Both the position numbers and the translations under genes were made by a program. From an uncultured Bdellovibrio sp. (lineage in GTDB: Bacteria; Bdellovibrionota; Bdellovibrionia; Bdellovibrionales; Bdellovibrionaceae): a stretch of 26,903 nt of DNA. Within the stretch, counting starts at the first letter, position 1. Every line of letters begins with the position of its first letter. Location: contig CAWVRN010000037.1 in the NCBI GenBank assembly GCA_963932905.1, forward strand, positions 1 through 26,903, in the 5' to 3' direction. The notes beneath the pieces were generated by a model, which worked only from the letters and a program-made list of their open reading frames with translations, was not told the origin of the DNA and searched no databases. Below, in pieces: positions 18,078-26,903 of the stretch.

Positions 18078-18860
18078 ATGATTCTAGCACTAGATGTGGG
18101 CAATACCCAAATTTATGCGGGTCTATTTACGACCGACCACAAAATGGTGGCTTCGTTTCGTAAAAACTCAAAAACAAGTTCCTCTTCTGATGAAGTCGGT
18201 ATTTTCTTGCGTACTGCCATTCGCGAGAATGGCTTCAACCCTGAAAACGTGCAGCAAATTGCCATTTGTACCGTTGTTCCCGACGTCTTGTATTCTATCA
18301 AAGGCGCTTGCAAAAAGTACTTTAACTTAGCACCTTTTGTATTGCAGGCCGGAGTTAAAACAGGATTAAAGATTAAGTACCGTAATCCACTGGAGGTCGG
18401 TGCCGATCGTATCGCGAACTCGATTGCGTCTAGTCAATTATACGCAGACAAAAATCTGATTATCGTTGACCTGGGAACAGCAACGACATTTTGTGCGGTA
18501 TCGAAAGAAAAGGAATATTTAGGCGGAACTATTATAGCAGGTTTAAAAATCAGCATGGAAGCCTTAGAGAGCCGAACGGCTAAATTGCCAGCGGTAGAGA
18601 TTGAAGAAAAATACGAAGCCCTGGGACGTTCTACCGTAGAAAGTATCCAGTCGGGTTTATATTACGGACATCTTGGCCAGATAAAAGAAATTAGTCAGCG
18701 ATTAGAGGCTGAGTGTTTCCCAAGTGATCCTCCTTTTATCATCGGCACGGGTGGATTTTCGCATTTGTTTGAAAAAGAAAAAGTATTTAATCGGATTGTT
18801 CCCGATTTAGTTTTAAAAGGTTTGCTCGTATCACTGTCAATGAACATGAAGGAATCGTGA
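18078..18860 (+). CDS. coaX: Type III pantothenate kinase
   Basis: [42 protein letters not shown]. Confidence 0.96.
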   Translation: MILALDVGNTQIYAGLFTTDHKMVASFRKNSKTSSSSDEVGIFLRTAIRENGFNPENVQQIAICTVVPDVLYSIKGACKKYFNLAPFVLQAGVKTGLKIKYRNPLEVGADRIANSIASSQLYADKNLIIVDLGTATTFCAVSKEKEYLGGTIIAGLKISMEALESRTAKLPAVEIEEKYEALGRSTVESIQSGLYYGHLGQIKEISQRLEAECFPSDPPFIIGTGGFSHLFEKEKVFNRIVPDLVLKGLLVSLSMNMKES

Positions 18861-18867
18861 GGTTATT

Positions 18868-19248
18868 ATGAATGTCGAATTAATGAGATGTAAAATTCAT
18901 CGCGCGACTGTAACAGAAGCCGATTTAAATTATGAAGGCTCTATTTCTTTGGATCCTGCTTTGATTAAAGCCTCGGGATTGTTCCTGCATGAAAAAGTAG
19001 ATATTTTAAATTGTAATAACGGCGCGCGATTTACTACCTACGTTATTGAAGGAAAAAAAGGCCAGGTTTGTCTGAATGGAGCTGCGGCTCGACTGGTTCA
19101 AAAAGGTGATCTAGTTATTATCGTTGCTTACGCCAGCATGCCGATCGAAAAGGCCAAAGGCTACAAGCCTGAAGTCGTTTTTGTCGACGCAAAAAATCGT
19201 CCGCGCGAGAAAAGACTAGAAAAACATTCGAAAACGAGTCAGTATTAA
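18868..19248 (+). CDS. panD: Aspartate 1-decarboxylase proenzyme
   Basis: KIHRATVTEADLNYEG/SISLD autocleavage site, NGARFTTY, CLNGAAAR; GAGG SD. Confidence 0.97.
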   Translation: MNVELMRCKIHRATVTEADLNYEGSISLDPALIKASGLFLHEKVDILNCNNGARFTTYVIEGKKGQVCLNGAAARLVQKGDLVIIVAYASMPIEKAKGYKPEVVFVDAKNRPREKRLEKHSKTSQY

Positions 19249-19251
19249 ACG

Positions 19252-19968
19252 ATGAAAAGTTTTATTATTGTTTCTTTGTTTTTTGTTATGCCGAAAGCAT
19301 TTGCTGATTTCGACCGTCCGGTTTTTAAAAATTCGCAAATGATGGAAGATAGCGAGGTCGTTGAGGATGAAAAAGTAAAACTAAACTGTTATGTATTTAG
19401 GAAATACATTCTTCTTGAAAAAGAAGAGCCAGGTTTTTTAGGTAAAAATATTTATTACAAAGAAAATACTCTGGATAAAAAAGTACAGCCGGAATCGTAT
19501 TGCAAAGATATCAAAATGGACACGTTCAAAAAATTGGATTCGGCAGGGGCCTCTTACCTAGGAATGTTCCGTCGTTTTCTGTTTGTTCAAGATCCAGATG
19601 AATTAAGCGCCAGAACTAAGTTCGAAGTTTATAACTTAGAATCAGGACAAAAGACATTCTCGGGAATTAAGAACAACAACACCTTGATGAAAATCATTCC
19701 GATTTCTGAAAAAACTACGGCACTTGAATATTTTCAGCGCTATCTTGTAGATTGCGATTTCAATTCAGATAAAACACATCTTAAATGCTGGTCTGACTTC
19801 TTGGCGTCGATCGAAGTGCCGAAAGAAATTAAAATTGGCTATCCTGTTTGTCCTAAATCAAAATCACCAAAAAAATTTCAAATCTTCTTAAAAATCTTGG
19901 TACCTGATATTCAAAAAAGTAAACGTACGTTTTTGTGGGCTAAACCTATTTGCGAAATCGCACCGTAA
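19252..19968 (+). CDS. Secreted hypothetical protein with six cysteines
   Basis: Signal peptide ending AFA; starts 3 nt after the panD stop. Confidence 0.75.
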   Translation: MKSFIIVSLFFVMPKAFADFDRPVFKNSQMMEDSEVVEDEKVKLNCYVFRKYILLEKEEPGFLGKNIYYKENTLDKKVQPESYCKDIKMDTFKKLDSAGASYLGMFRRFLFVQDPDELSARTKFEVYNLESGQKTFSGIKNNNTLMKIIPISEKTTALEYFQRYLVDCDFNSDKTHLKCWSDFLASIEVPKEIKIGYPVCPKSKSPKKFQIFLKILVPDIQKSKRTFLWAKPICEIAP

Positions 19969-19986
19969 TTACGAAACGCCCATAAA

Positions 19987-21240
19987 TTAGGGATGACCGG
20001 CGTAGGTCGTCTCTTCTGATTCTTTATCAAATGGAAAAAACTTAATTGATTGATAGCTGATGGGCACGCCACCATTATAATCTTTTTGAATTAAGTTAGT
20101 GATCTGAGTTTTAATTTTACGTTGAGCATCCCGCCAGTCACGACGAGTCCCGTTGGTCTTCATGTTGTACATAAAATACACGCTACCTTTTTTAGTCGAC
20201 ATAATCCCAGCCAATAAAATAGCGGGCGAAACTGTCCCCGTTTTCGCAATCACTGAATTTTCTGTAGTTTCGTTCTTGTAAAGTGAACTCGATGACGAAG
20301 TCGAATCGGCCCCTACCACACTAACAATGTCTTCAAACTTTAAACCTTGAGCCTTTAGGACGTTTTCAAAATCCACTAAGATTTTCAAAACAACAGAACA
20401 TCGGGCCGAATTGTAATTGCCGTTCTGTTCCACAGTTAATTTATTTCCGGAACCGTTAAAAAATTCAATGTCGTCGATTGTAAACTGTAAGCGCTTTTCG
20501 ATGAATTTTTTAAATTCAGCGGCCCCCCCGGTGAATTCAAATATCAAATTCGCGGCATAGTTATTTGAATTGCGATTCATTTCTTTAAGCAATGACTGCA
20601 GAGGTGATGATTTGAAAGTGAATGCACTAAAATCCTTAGCTACAAATTCCGACGACTTTCTGAAAGTGAATTTTCTCACCCATAACTGACCAACCGGAAG
20701 CATCGAAATTCCCTGATCTTTGGCCGCTTGAACCGTTTTAGCGTAATCGGTTGTTAGGTTTTTAAGCTTGGTGAAATTCCTAATGACTTCTTCTGGCGTC
20801 GGCGATTCTGGCGTATAGTCCCCAACCGCAGTCGCATAACTATTCACATTCCACACAAACTTGAAATTCTCGTCGAAAGACAATTCTTTTACTGATTTGA
20901 TTCCCTTAGAATTTAGTTCAGAAATTACTAAATGCAAAAACTCCTTGCTAAAATAAGGATCGCTGCCACCTTTGAAATGAACCACATAGGAACCATCAGA
21001 ATCTTTTTTATAAAATACTTTTGTTGTAAAACGATGGCCTTTACCCAGCTTTATCAGTGACCAATACGAAGTAATTAATTTTGAAACGGAAGCGATCGGT
21101 AGTTTTTCTTCAACATTGGTTCCCTTGATAACCGATTCACCCTGAACAAAATGACAGAATGAATTTAAGCTAGAACCAAAAGAGAATCGGGCAGTTAAAG
21201 CAACAATTAAAAATGCCAATATCCCCTTCCAAACGATCAT
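19987..21240 (-). CDS. dacB: D-Ala-D-Ala carboxypeptidase/DD-endopeptidase (PBP4, peptidase S13), Bd3459/Bd0816-like
   Basis: Signal peptide; SxxK (ASVSK), SxN (SNN), KTG; S13 motifs GGSDPYF and NGSG. Confidence 0.9.
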   Translation of the reverse strand: MIVWKGILAFLIVALTARFSFGSSLNSFCHFVQGESVIKGTNVEEKLPIASVSKLITSYWSLIKLGKGHRFTTKVFYKKDSDGSYVVHFKGGSDPYFSKEFLHLVISELNSKGIKSVKELSFDENFKFVWNVNSYATAVGDYTPESPTPEEVIRNFTKLKNLTTDYAKTVQAAKDQGISMLPVGQLWVRKFTFRKSSEFVAKDFSAFTFKSSPLQSLLKEMNRNSNNYAANLIFEFTGGAAEFKKFIEKRLQFTIDDIEFFNGSGNKLTVEQNGNYNSARCSVVLKILVDFENVLKAQGLKFEDIVSVVGADSTSSSSSLYKNETTENSVIAKTGTVSPAILLAGIMSTKKGSVYFMYNMKTNGTRRDWRDAQRKIKTQITNLIQKDYNGGVPISYQSIKFFPFDKESEETTYAGHP

Positions 21241-21287
21241 CCTTATTTACCCCTCAAATAAAAATTTTTGACTGAGCTAAGCACTAC

Positions 21288-21303
21288 AGCAAAGGGAATG
21301 CCC
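21288..21303 (-). promoter_or_regulatory. Putative sigma54 (-24/-12) promoter for dacB
   Basis: Minus strand gGGcattccctttGCt: GG-N10-GC with GGCA and TTGCT consensus bases, about 50 nt upstream of the ATG. Confidence 0.55.
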
Positions 21304-21418
21304 CCCTTTGACGATGCGACCTGCGTTTAAACCAGATAGGCCACTTACGTCCCTAAAAAAATTTCAAAAATGATCAATTTTTGTTCACTCGGAATCGGAT
21401 CAAGGCCATACCTTCTGA

Positions 21419-22912
21419 GTGCCATTTCAAACTGTTTTTTCTAAACTTCTACTCGCTTCGGCTATCGTGTTGGGAAGTACCTTTGTACTGATTATTTCTC
21501 ACTCGTCAGCTCAACGAATTTGCGTTAAAAATCGCGCGATCGCATCCATCGAATGGAAAAAAACAACAGTTCCTTCATGTGACACAAACAGTTCCGCAGA
21601 ATGGGCCAAAGACACAATTAAACTTGCAGATACGATCAATCGCCAGCTGGACACATTTACATTCCTAACACCGGGATCTAGATTCGTATTAAATTTAACA
21701 GACGATAACACACCGATGGTTTTCAGCCGTCGTCGCGTGACCCTGCCGACAAGTCTAATCGAAACCACTGACATTTTACCTTATACTATCGTTAAGCACT
21801 GGGTAGAGGATCAAAATAGGAACCTTCCTCGTTTTGAATTACTGCACGAAACCGTAACAAACTTTATTTTCTACAGTGTTGTTGGCCGCGAACCGATTCT
21901 ACCCGCACAAAGTGAAACCCACGCGCCAGTCTTCTGGAAATCAATCCAGGCCAGCAGCCATGCGAACTGTATCAGCGACTGGAAGTTAACGCCTAAATGG
22001 CAGCTTTGCATTAATCGTCATTACCAGTTTTTCGAAACCCGCACTGATTTCATCAAAGAACGCCTACAACACAAATTCAATCAGTCATGGGTATCAGCAT
22101 ATCAGCGTCTAAACCTGAGTGAAAAAAGCCAATTATTTAAATTTGTTCTTGGCCGAGTAAAGAATTTCAATGTTGATGATGGCGTTCTAAAAGAAGCCAG
22201 CTTTTCTAACTACATTCAGTCCATGTCGTCGTTTTGGCATTTGAATGAATACTTCCCAACACAAAATGCAAACAAAGCCATGTTAGCTTCAATCATCAAA
22301 GATTTTAACCAGATCAATTTTGTGAACATAGTCGATAAATCAAAATTTGATTTGGTTATCTTTAAGGAAGGCCTAAAACTGGCTACTTTTGATGGATCTG
22401 AATCAATCTTGAAACCATTGAAAAACAAAGAATCGGCGCTGGTAGCCCTATCCAACGGTGATGATTTTTCTGTGTTCCCAATCAAGAAAACAATCAAACT
22501 GTCTTCATTTTCTAAATGGTACGCAAATCAAATCGTAGTTGAATCATGCCGCCCCTTGCGCATGAAAGAACTTTTGAAATACACAGAATACACCGAGAAA
22601 CTATTGCTAATTTATACGTGCCAACCTTTGAATGCCGAAAAGGTCGCTCAGTTAACTAAGTCAGGAATTCTAAACTACGCTCAGCTAAATAACGAAGAGA
22701 TGTTCGCGCATTTCCATTTGCCATCGCTGGTTTCAAAGCGCAGTCTAATTGATCCTAATATGGAAGTGTTTCAGTTCTTAACAGAACGTACGCAAAAAAA
22801 TTCAGTGTACGAACTGTTTGGCTGGCGCGAACTTAACTGGGATCAGATTTCTAAAACGTACCGACCCAAAGCGGTCGTGGACGCAGTTAATTTATTCCGC
22901 GTCCAACTTTAA
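21419..22912 (+). CDS. Hypothetical protein with N-terminal signal/anchor
   Basis: 497-aa ORF with GTG start and hydrophobic N-terminus; no motif recognised. Confidence 0.7.
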   Translation: MPFQTVFSKLLLASAIVLGSTFVLIISHSSAQRICVKNRAIASIEWKKTTVPSCDTNSSAEWAKDTIKLADTINRQLDTFTFLTPGSRFVLNLTDDNTPMVFSRRRVTLPTSLIETTDILPYTIVKHWVEDQNRNLPRFELLHETVTNFIFYSVVGREPILPAQSETHAPVFWKSIQASSHANCISDWKLTPKWQLCINRHYQFFETRTDFIKERLQHKFNQSWVSAYQRLNLSEKSQLFKFVLGRVKNFNVDDGVLKEASFSNYIQSMSSFWHLNEYFPTQNANKAMLASIIKDFNQINFVNIVDKSKFDLVIFKEGLKLATFDGSESILKPLKNKESALVALSNGDDFSVFPIKKTIKLSSFSKWYANQIVVESCRPLRMKELLKYTEYTEKLLLIYTCQPLNAEKVAQLTKSGILNYAQLNNEEMFAHFHLPSLVSKRSLIDPNMEVFQFLTERTQKNSVYELFGWRELNWDQISKTYRPKAVVDAVNLFRVQL

Positions 22913-22934
22913 TTTAGATTTTAAAATTTTATCT

Positions 22935-24623
22935 TTAAGAGAAAATCTTCTTGAAGAATCCAACTACTTTTTGTTTCAGGCCAGCTGCTTTAACCATGTC
23001 GGTTTTCGGCGCTGATTTTTTCTCGTAAGATCGTGGACCTTTCGAATAATTTGGTTTCCCGTTTTTGTAACGTGGATTGTTTGGTTTTTGCTGATGAGAT
23101 CCCTCTTTCTTAAATGGAGTGGCACCATTTTGATGAGCGGATTTGTTGTTATGCTGACCTTGTTGGTTTGGCTTACCTTGGTGAGGACTCGCTCCATTAC
23201 GGTTGCTTTGGTGCTGCGGCTGTTCACCACCACGATCTGGTCTAGCTTCGTTTCTTTGCGGACGAGGACCGCGGTTGTCGCGATCTCTATTTTGACCACC
23301 ACCTTGCTGGCCTTGAGCATTTGGTTTGCCACTATGGCGAGGACCGCGTTCTGGTCTGCGACCACCACGGAAATCTTTGCCACCCTTTTGACCGCCGCCA
23401 CTATGTTGTGAACGGTTGCGGTCACGATCAGAAAATGGAACGTAGTCCGTAACAAGTTCGGTCGTTTCTAAGTAGTCTTGATCAATTTTACGTTTTAAAA
23501 ATTCTTGAATACGAGTCAATGAATCTAAATCACGATCGCTACAAAGATTTAAAGCTGTACCTTCTGCATTGGCGCGACCTGTGCGGCCGATACGGTGAAC
23601 ATAGGTTTCACAATCCATTGGCAATTCGTAGTTAATAACCAAGTCTACACCCTGAATATCTAGGCCACGAGCCGCGATGTCAGTCGCCACAAGAATGTTT
23701 TTTTCATTCACAGCTTTGAACTGTTCAAGAACACGTGTTCGTTGTTGCTGAGTCATTAAACTTGAAATAGCGATAGCTGGAAATTGATTCTCTGAAAGAA
23801 ACTGAGCTACGCGTTCTACATTGTTTTTAAAGTTTGTGAAGATAATCGTTTGTTTAGGATTTTGTTTCTTCAGCAAAGATAATAAAATTTGCGGTTTTTC
23901 GCCATCACCCACATGGAACAGGCGATCTTTTACGTTATCGGCAGTTGCCTTGTCGCGAGAAATATTAATTTCAACTGGGTTTGCGCCAAACTGATACGCT
24001 GTATTTAAAACATCTAGATTCAAAGTCGCGCTAAATACTAGGAACTGACGTTCTCTAGGAACTCGCTGCAAGATGAATTTCATATCATCTTTGAAACCCA
24101 TATCAAACATACGATCGGCTTCATCGAATACGATGGCGCGAACTAAGCGCAAATCAATCAAATGTTCTTTGTATAAGTCGATCAAACGACCTGGAGTAGC
24201 AAAAATAAACTGCACGCCATTTCTTAAAGCAGTTTTTTGTTTATCATAGCCAACGCCACCGTAAACTGAAATTGAATGCAGGTTCATGCCTTTAGTGAAC
24301 AATCCAAAATTATCGTAAACTTGTTCAGCCAGTTCACGAGTTGGCAAAAGAACTAAGACAAAATTGTTTGATTTCCAGTCAGGAAATTTACGCTGAGCTG
24401 TTATTTCGTCATCTGAGGGAGTTTGAGAGCGAAGAACGCGATCGATAAGAGGTAGTAAAAATGCGGCGGTCTTGCCTGTACCCGTTTGAGCTAACCCTGC
24501 TAAATCTTGGCCTTTTAGGATGATTGGCGCCGCCTGTTCTTGAATAGGCGTTGGGGTCTTGTAACCAAGATCGATAATATTTTTTTGTAAATCAGGAAGT
24601 AAATTCCAATCAGTAAATTCCAA
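22935..24623 (-). CDS. DEAD-box RNA helicase (RhlB/RhlE-like) with long disordered C-terminal tail
   Basis: TTG start with GGAG SD; Q motif PTPIQ, AQTGTGKT, PTRELA, TPGRL, DEADRMFDMGF, SAT, ARGLD, HRIGRTGR. Confidence 0.95.
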   Translation of the reverse strand: MEFTDWNLLPDLQKNIIDLGYKTPTPIQEQAAPIILKGQDLAGLAQTGTGKTAAFLLPLIDRVLRSQTPSDDEITAQRKFPDWKSNNFVLVLLPTRELAEQVYDNFGLFTKGMNLHSISVYGGVGYDKQKTALRNGVQFIFATPGRLIDLYKEHLIDLRLVRAIVFDEADRMFDMGFKDDMKFILQRVPRERQFLVFSATLNLDVLNTAYQFGANPVEINISRDKATADNVKDRLFHVGDGEKPQILLSLLKKQNPKQTIIFTNFKNNVERVAQFLSENQFPAIAISSLMTQQQRTRVLEQFKAVNEKNILVATDIAARGLDIQGVDLVINYELPMDCETYVHRIGRTGRANAEGTALNLCSDRDLDSLTRIQEFLKRKIDQDYLETTELVTDYVPFSDRDRNRSQHSGGGQKGGKDFRGGRRPERGPRHSGKPNAQGQQGGGQNRDRDNRGPRPQRNEARPDRGGEQPQHQSNRNGASPHQGKPNQQGQHNNKSAHQNGATPFKKEGSHQQKPNNPRYKNGKPNYSKGPRSYEKKSAPKTDMVKAAGLKQKVVGFFKKIFS

Positions 24624-24688
24624 GTCATCTCCATCAACAGATATGTGACAATGTGTAAGTCTCTTTCTGTCATTAAAGATCTAAAAAT

Positions 24689-25528
24689 TCAATGATTTAT
24701 CCTATCCAAGAAAGACTCTAGTTCTTTAGTAAACACTTCGGGTTGATCCGAATGAATCCAGTGTCCCGCGTCAGAGATTTCGACTCCTGTAATAAGCTTA
24801 TTTTGCAGAAGAACTTGCTCAAACACAGGTTTTTTCAAATCTTGCGAGTTTTCACCACGCAAGTAGAGTGTCGGGACCGATATATGATCAATCAGAGGCC
24901 AAGAATCTTCGCTTCGGCCCTGCTTTACAGAATCGATAATCCCTTGTTTTGAGAACTTCCAATCAAATTTTCCGTCTGATTTTTCTTCCATATTGGCGAT
25001 CAAGAACGGAATTATGGTCTTTGGGTTCTCTTTAGTCTTAAAATCTGTAGCGAAACGGTGCTCAAAGTAGTTCTTAATCTCAGTTTTACTAGAAAACGGG
25101 GTCGGAATTACGCCCAGCATGTTTTCATAATAAAGGTAGCTATCCGGGTCGCCCTCAGGGCCGATATCTTCAATCACCAAACTTTTCAAAATATGGGGGT
25201 GAAGATAGCTAAAATATAAGGCATTACGGCCTCCCATCGAATGCCCCACAAGATTGATCGAGTTCCAACCAAGCGCCTCTAAAATCTGAAAAAGGTCATC
25301 GGCAAAATCCTTGGGATGGTAGCCAGACAAGGGTTTCATCGATTTCCCATGCCCCCGCTGATCGTACACCAAACACTGATATTTCGAAGACAGTCGGCGA
25401 GTCACAGACCCCCAGTTATTTAGAAACCCCATAAGCCCATGCAGAAAGACGACCTTGGGTAAATGGTCGTCTCCGGTGATGCGATAGTTAAAATTATCTA
25501 AAATAGACATGCCTTTACCGATTAACAT
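24689..25528 (-). CDS. Alpha/beta fold hydrolase (YbfF-like esterase); start may be ATG 25510
   Basis: FLHGLMG oxyanion motif, DQRGHG, GHSMGG nucleophile elbow, AGHWIH. Confidence 0.9.
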   Translation of the reverse strand: MLIGKGMSILDNFNYRITGDDHLPKVVFLHGLMGFLNNWGSVTRRLSSKYQCLVYDQRGHGKSMKPLSGYHPKDFADDLFQILEALGWNSINLVGHSMGGRNALYFSYLHPHILKSLVIEDIGPEGDPDSYLYYENMLGVIPTPFSSKTEIKNYFEHRFATDFKTKENPKTIIPFLIANMEEKSDGKFDWKFSKQGIIDSVKQGRSEDSWPLIDHISVPTLYLRGENSQDLKKPVFEQVLLQNKLITGVEISDAGHWIHSDQPEVFTKELESFLDRINH

Positions 25529-25575
25529 GGTTGTCAGCTATTGAAAATCGAATTCAAATCCTTTATTTTTAAAAG

Positions 25576-26742
25576 ATGCGTCCCGAACTGCACCAAGACT
25601 GGATCGACTACAAAGCGGTCGAAATCGTCGAGCGATTACAAAGAAAGAATTTTGAAGCCTACCTGGTTGGTGGATGTGTCCGCGATTTGTTAGTTAATGA
25701 ACATCCCAAGGACTATGACATTGCGACCTCGGCTCGTCCCGAAGAAGTTCGAAGAATTATTCCTAATAGTTTTCTGATCGGCCGACGTTTCAAATTAATT
25801 TTAGTTCGCCGTGGTGTTGCTCAATACGAGGTTTCAACCTTCCGTCGCAGTCGTGGAATAGAGGATGAAGCAGCGTCTGAAACTGAAGTAGTAAACGAAG
25901 ATAATTTTTACGGTACGGTAGAAGAAGATGCCGTTCGCCGAGATTTCACAGTGAACGCGCTTTTCTATGATCCTTTAAAACAAAAGATGCTCGACTACTG
26001 CAATGGCCTAGCCGATATCGAAACACGTACGATTAGAATTATCGGTGATCCTGTAGCCCGCTTAAAAGAAGATCCAATTCGTATTTTACGCGGTATCCGA
26101 TTAGCTCATAAATTAAATTTCAATTTGGAAGCTAGCCTAAGAAGCGCTATCGAAACAGATGGTTCATGCTTAAAAGAAGCTATTCTTCCTCGTAAGCGCG
26201 AAGAGTTTTTAAAAATCCTACGATTAAAAGATCCAGGTTTAACGTTCTTAGAGATGTTCGATTTAAAAATCCTTCAGTACTGTTTACCATCGTTGAATGA
26301 TTTATTCCTAAACCAAGAAGCCCAAATCGTGTTCCTAAATACATTGGATGATTTGAAGAGATTGGTCTTAACGGACACAGAACCATCCAGTTTATTCTTA
26401 GTATTCTTGTACGCCTTTATCAAAGCGGCACTTGATCCAGTTGATTTCGGTAAAGAAGATTTAGAAGCTAATCCACTTTTGAACAAGTTAATGAAAGATG
26501 AACTGGGCGTTTTCAAGCAAGAAGCGATTCATTTTTTCAAAACACTAAGCTTCATGCCGTCACTAACAAACATAGAAACATTCAACCGCAAAGGTGAACG
26601 CCGCAAAGCAGGTTTCTTATCGCACCCATATCTAAGCACAGCGAACGAGCTATGCTTGTATGAACATCTTTATAAATATTCTGATTATTTTTTCTGGAAA
26701 AAACAGATCGAGGCCGTTGCGGGTCATCGGACCGCGAACTAG
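25576..26742 (+). CDS. pcnB: Poly(A) polymerase I
   Basis: GGCVRD..DYD, PAP-specific signature LIGRRFKLILV, RRDFTVNA, EDPIRILR. Confidence 0.88.
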   Translation: MRPELHQDWIDYKAVEIVERLQRKNFEAYLVGGCVRDLLVNEHPKDYDIATSARPEEVRRIIPNSFLIGRRFKLILVRRGVAQYEVSTFRRSRGIEDEAASETEVVNEDNFYGTVEEDAVRRDFTVNALFYDPLKQKMLDYCNGLADIETRTIRIIGDPVARLKEDPIRILRGIRLAHKLNFNLEASLRSAIETDGSCLKEAILPRKREEFLKILRLKDPGLTFLEMFDLKILQYCLPSLNDLFLNQEAQIVFLNTLDDLKRLVLTDTEPSSLFLVFLYAFIKAALDPVDFGKEDLEANPLLNKLMKDELGVFKQEAIHFFKTLSFMPSLTNIETFNRKGERRKAGFLSHPYLSTANELCLYEHLYKYSDYFFWKKQIEAVAGHRTAN

Positions 26743-26791
26743 AAACTTCGAACCAGGCATGCTTAAATTTAAAAACAAAACTCGGGCGTAC

Positions 26792-26817
26792 CAAAAAAAC
26801 GGGCTGCGGCTCGGCCC
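26792..26817 (-). terminator. Possible weak terminator or small repeat downstream of pcnB, serving a minus-strand gene beyond the window
   Basis: Minus strand GGGC-N9-GCCC-G-T7; short GC stem in a GC-rich intergenic patch. Confidence 0.25.
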
Positions 26818-26903
26818 TCCCCGGTGTGCGTATTTTTTGTAATTGATAATCCTTCTTTCTTCTTAAGCGCAAATCAAGCTCGGTCTTCCATTGAAGAGAA
26901 TAT

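Noticed and set aside
22976..23455. 159-aa alternative-frame ORF (and 107-aa antisense ORF) in the helicase tail
   Set aside because: Shadow frames of low-complexity coding sequence; no SD, slippery site or recognisable domain.
26582..26903. Minus-strand reading frame open to the window edge
   Set aside because: Would overlap pcnB by about 160 nt and crosses a terminator-like hairpin; no recognisable motif. It cannot be fully excluded without flanking sequence.

Overview
A 26.9 kb, gene-dense chromosomal segment, probably from a predatory Bdellovibrionota bacterium. This is an inference from a Bd3459/Bd0816-like DacB and many orphan secreted proteins and lipoproteins. The left edge (1-55) looks like an IS21-family terminal repeat that has truncated a lipoprotein gene. 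Next come a 77-nt near-perfect REP-doublet-like hairpin, a terminator, a Met-heptad lipoprotein, a chalcone-isomerase-fold protein, mutY, a TolB-like lipoprotein, a secreted hypothetical and a tripartite RND efflux operon. A minus-strand cluster follows (membrane hypothetical, atypical Zn-metalloprotease lipoprotein, two SPFH proteins), then a pantothenate/CoA operon (panG-like, panB, panC, coaBC, coaX, panD) preceded by a hairpin matching the description of the pan RNA motif. The right part holds the predatory-type DacB with a sigma54-like promoter, a hypothetical, an RhlB-like DEAD-box helicase with a disordered tail and terminal amphipathic helix, an alpha/beta hydrolase and pcnB. No tRNA, rRNA or CRISPR array was seen. 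All family calls come from motifs read by eye; no database search was run.
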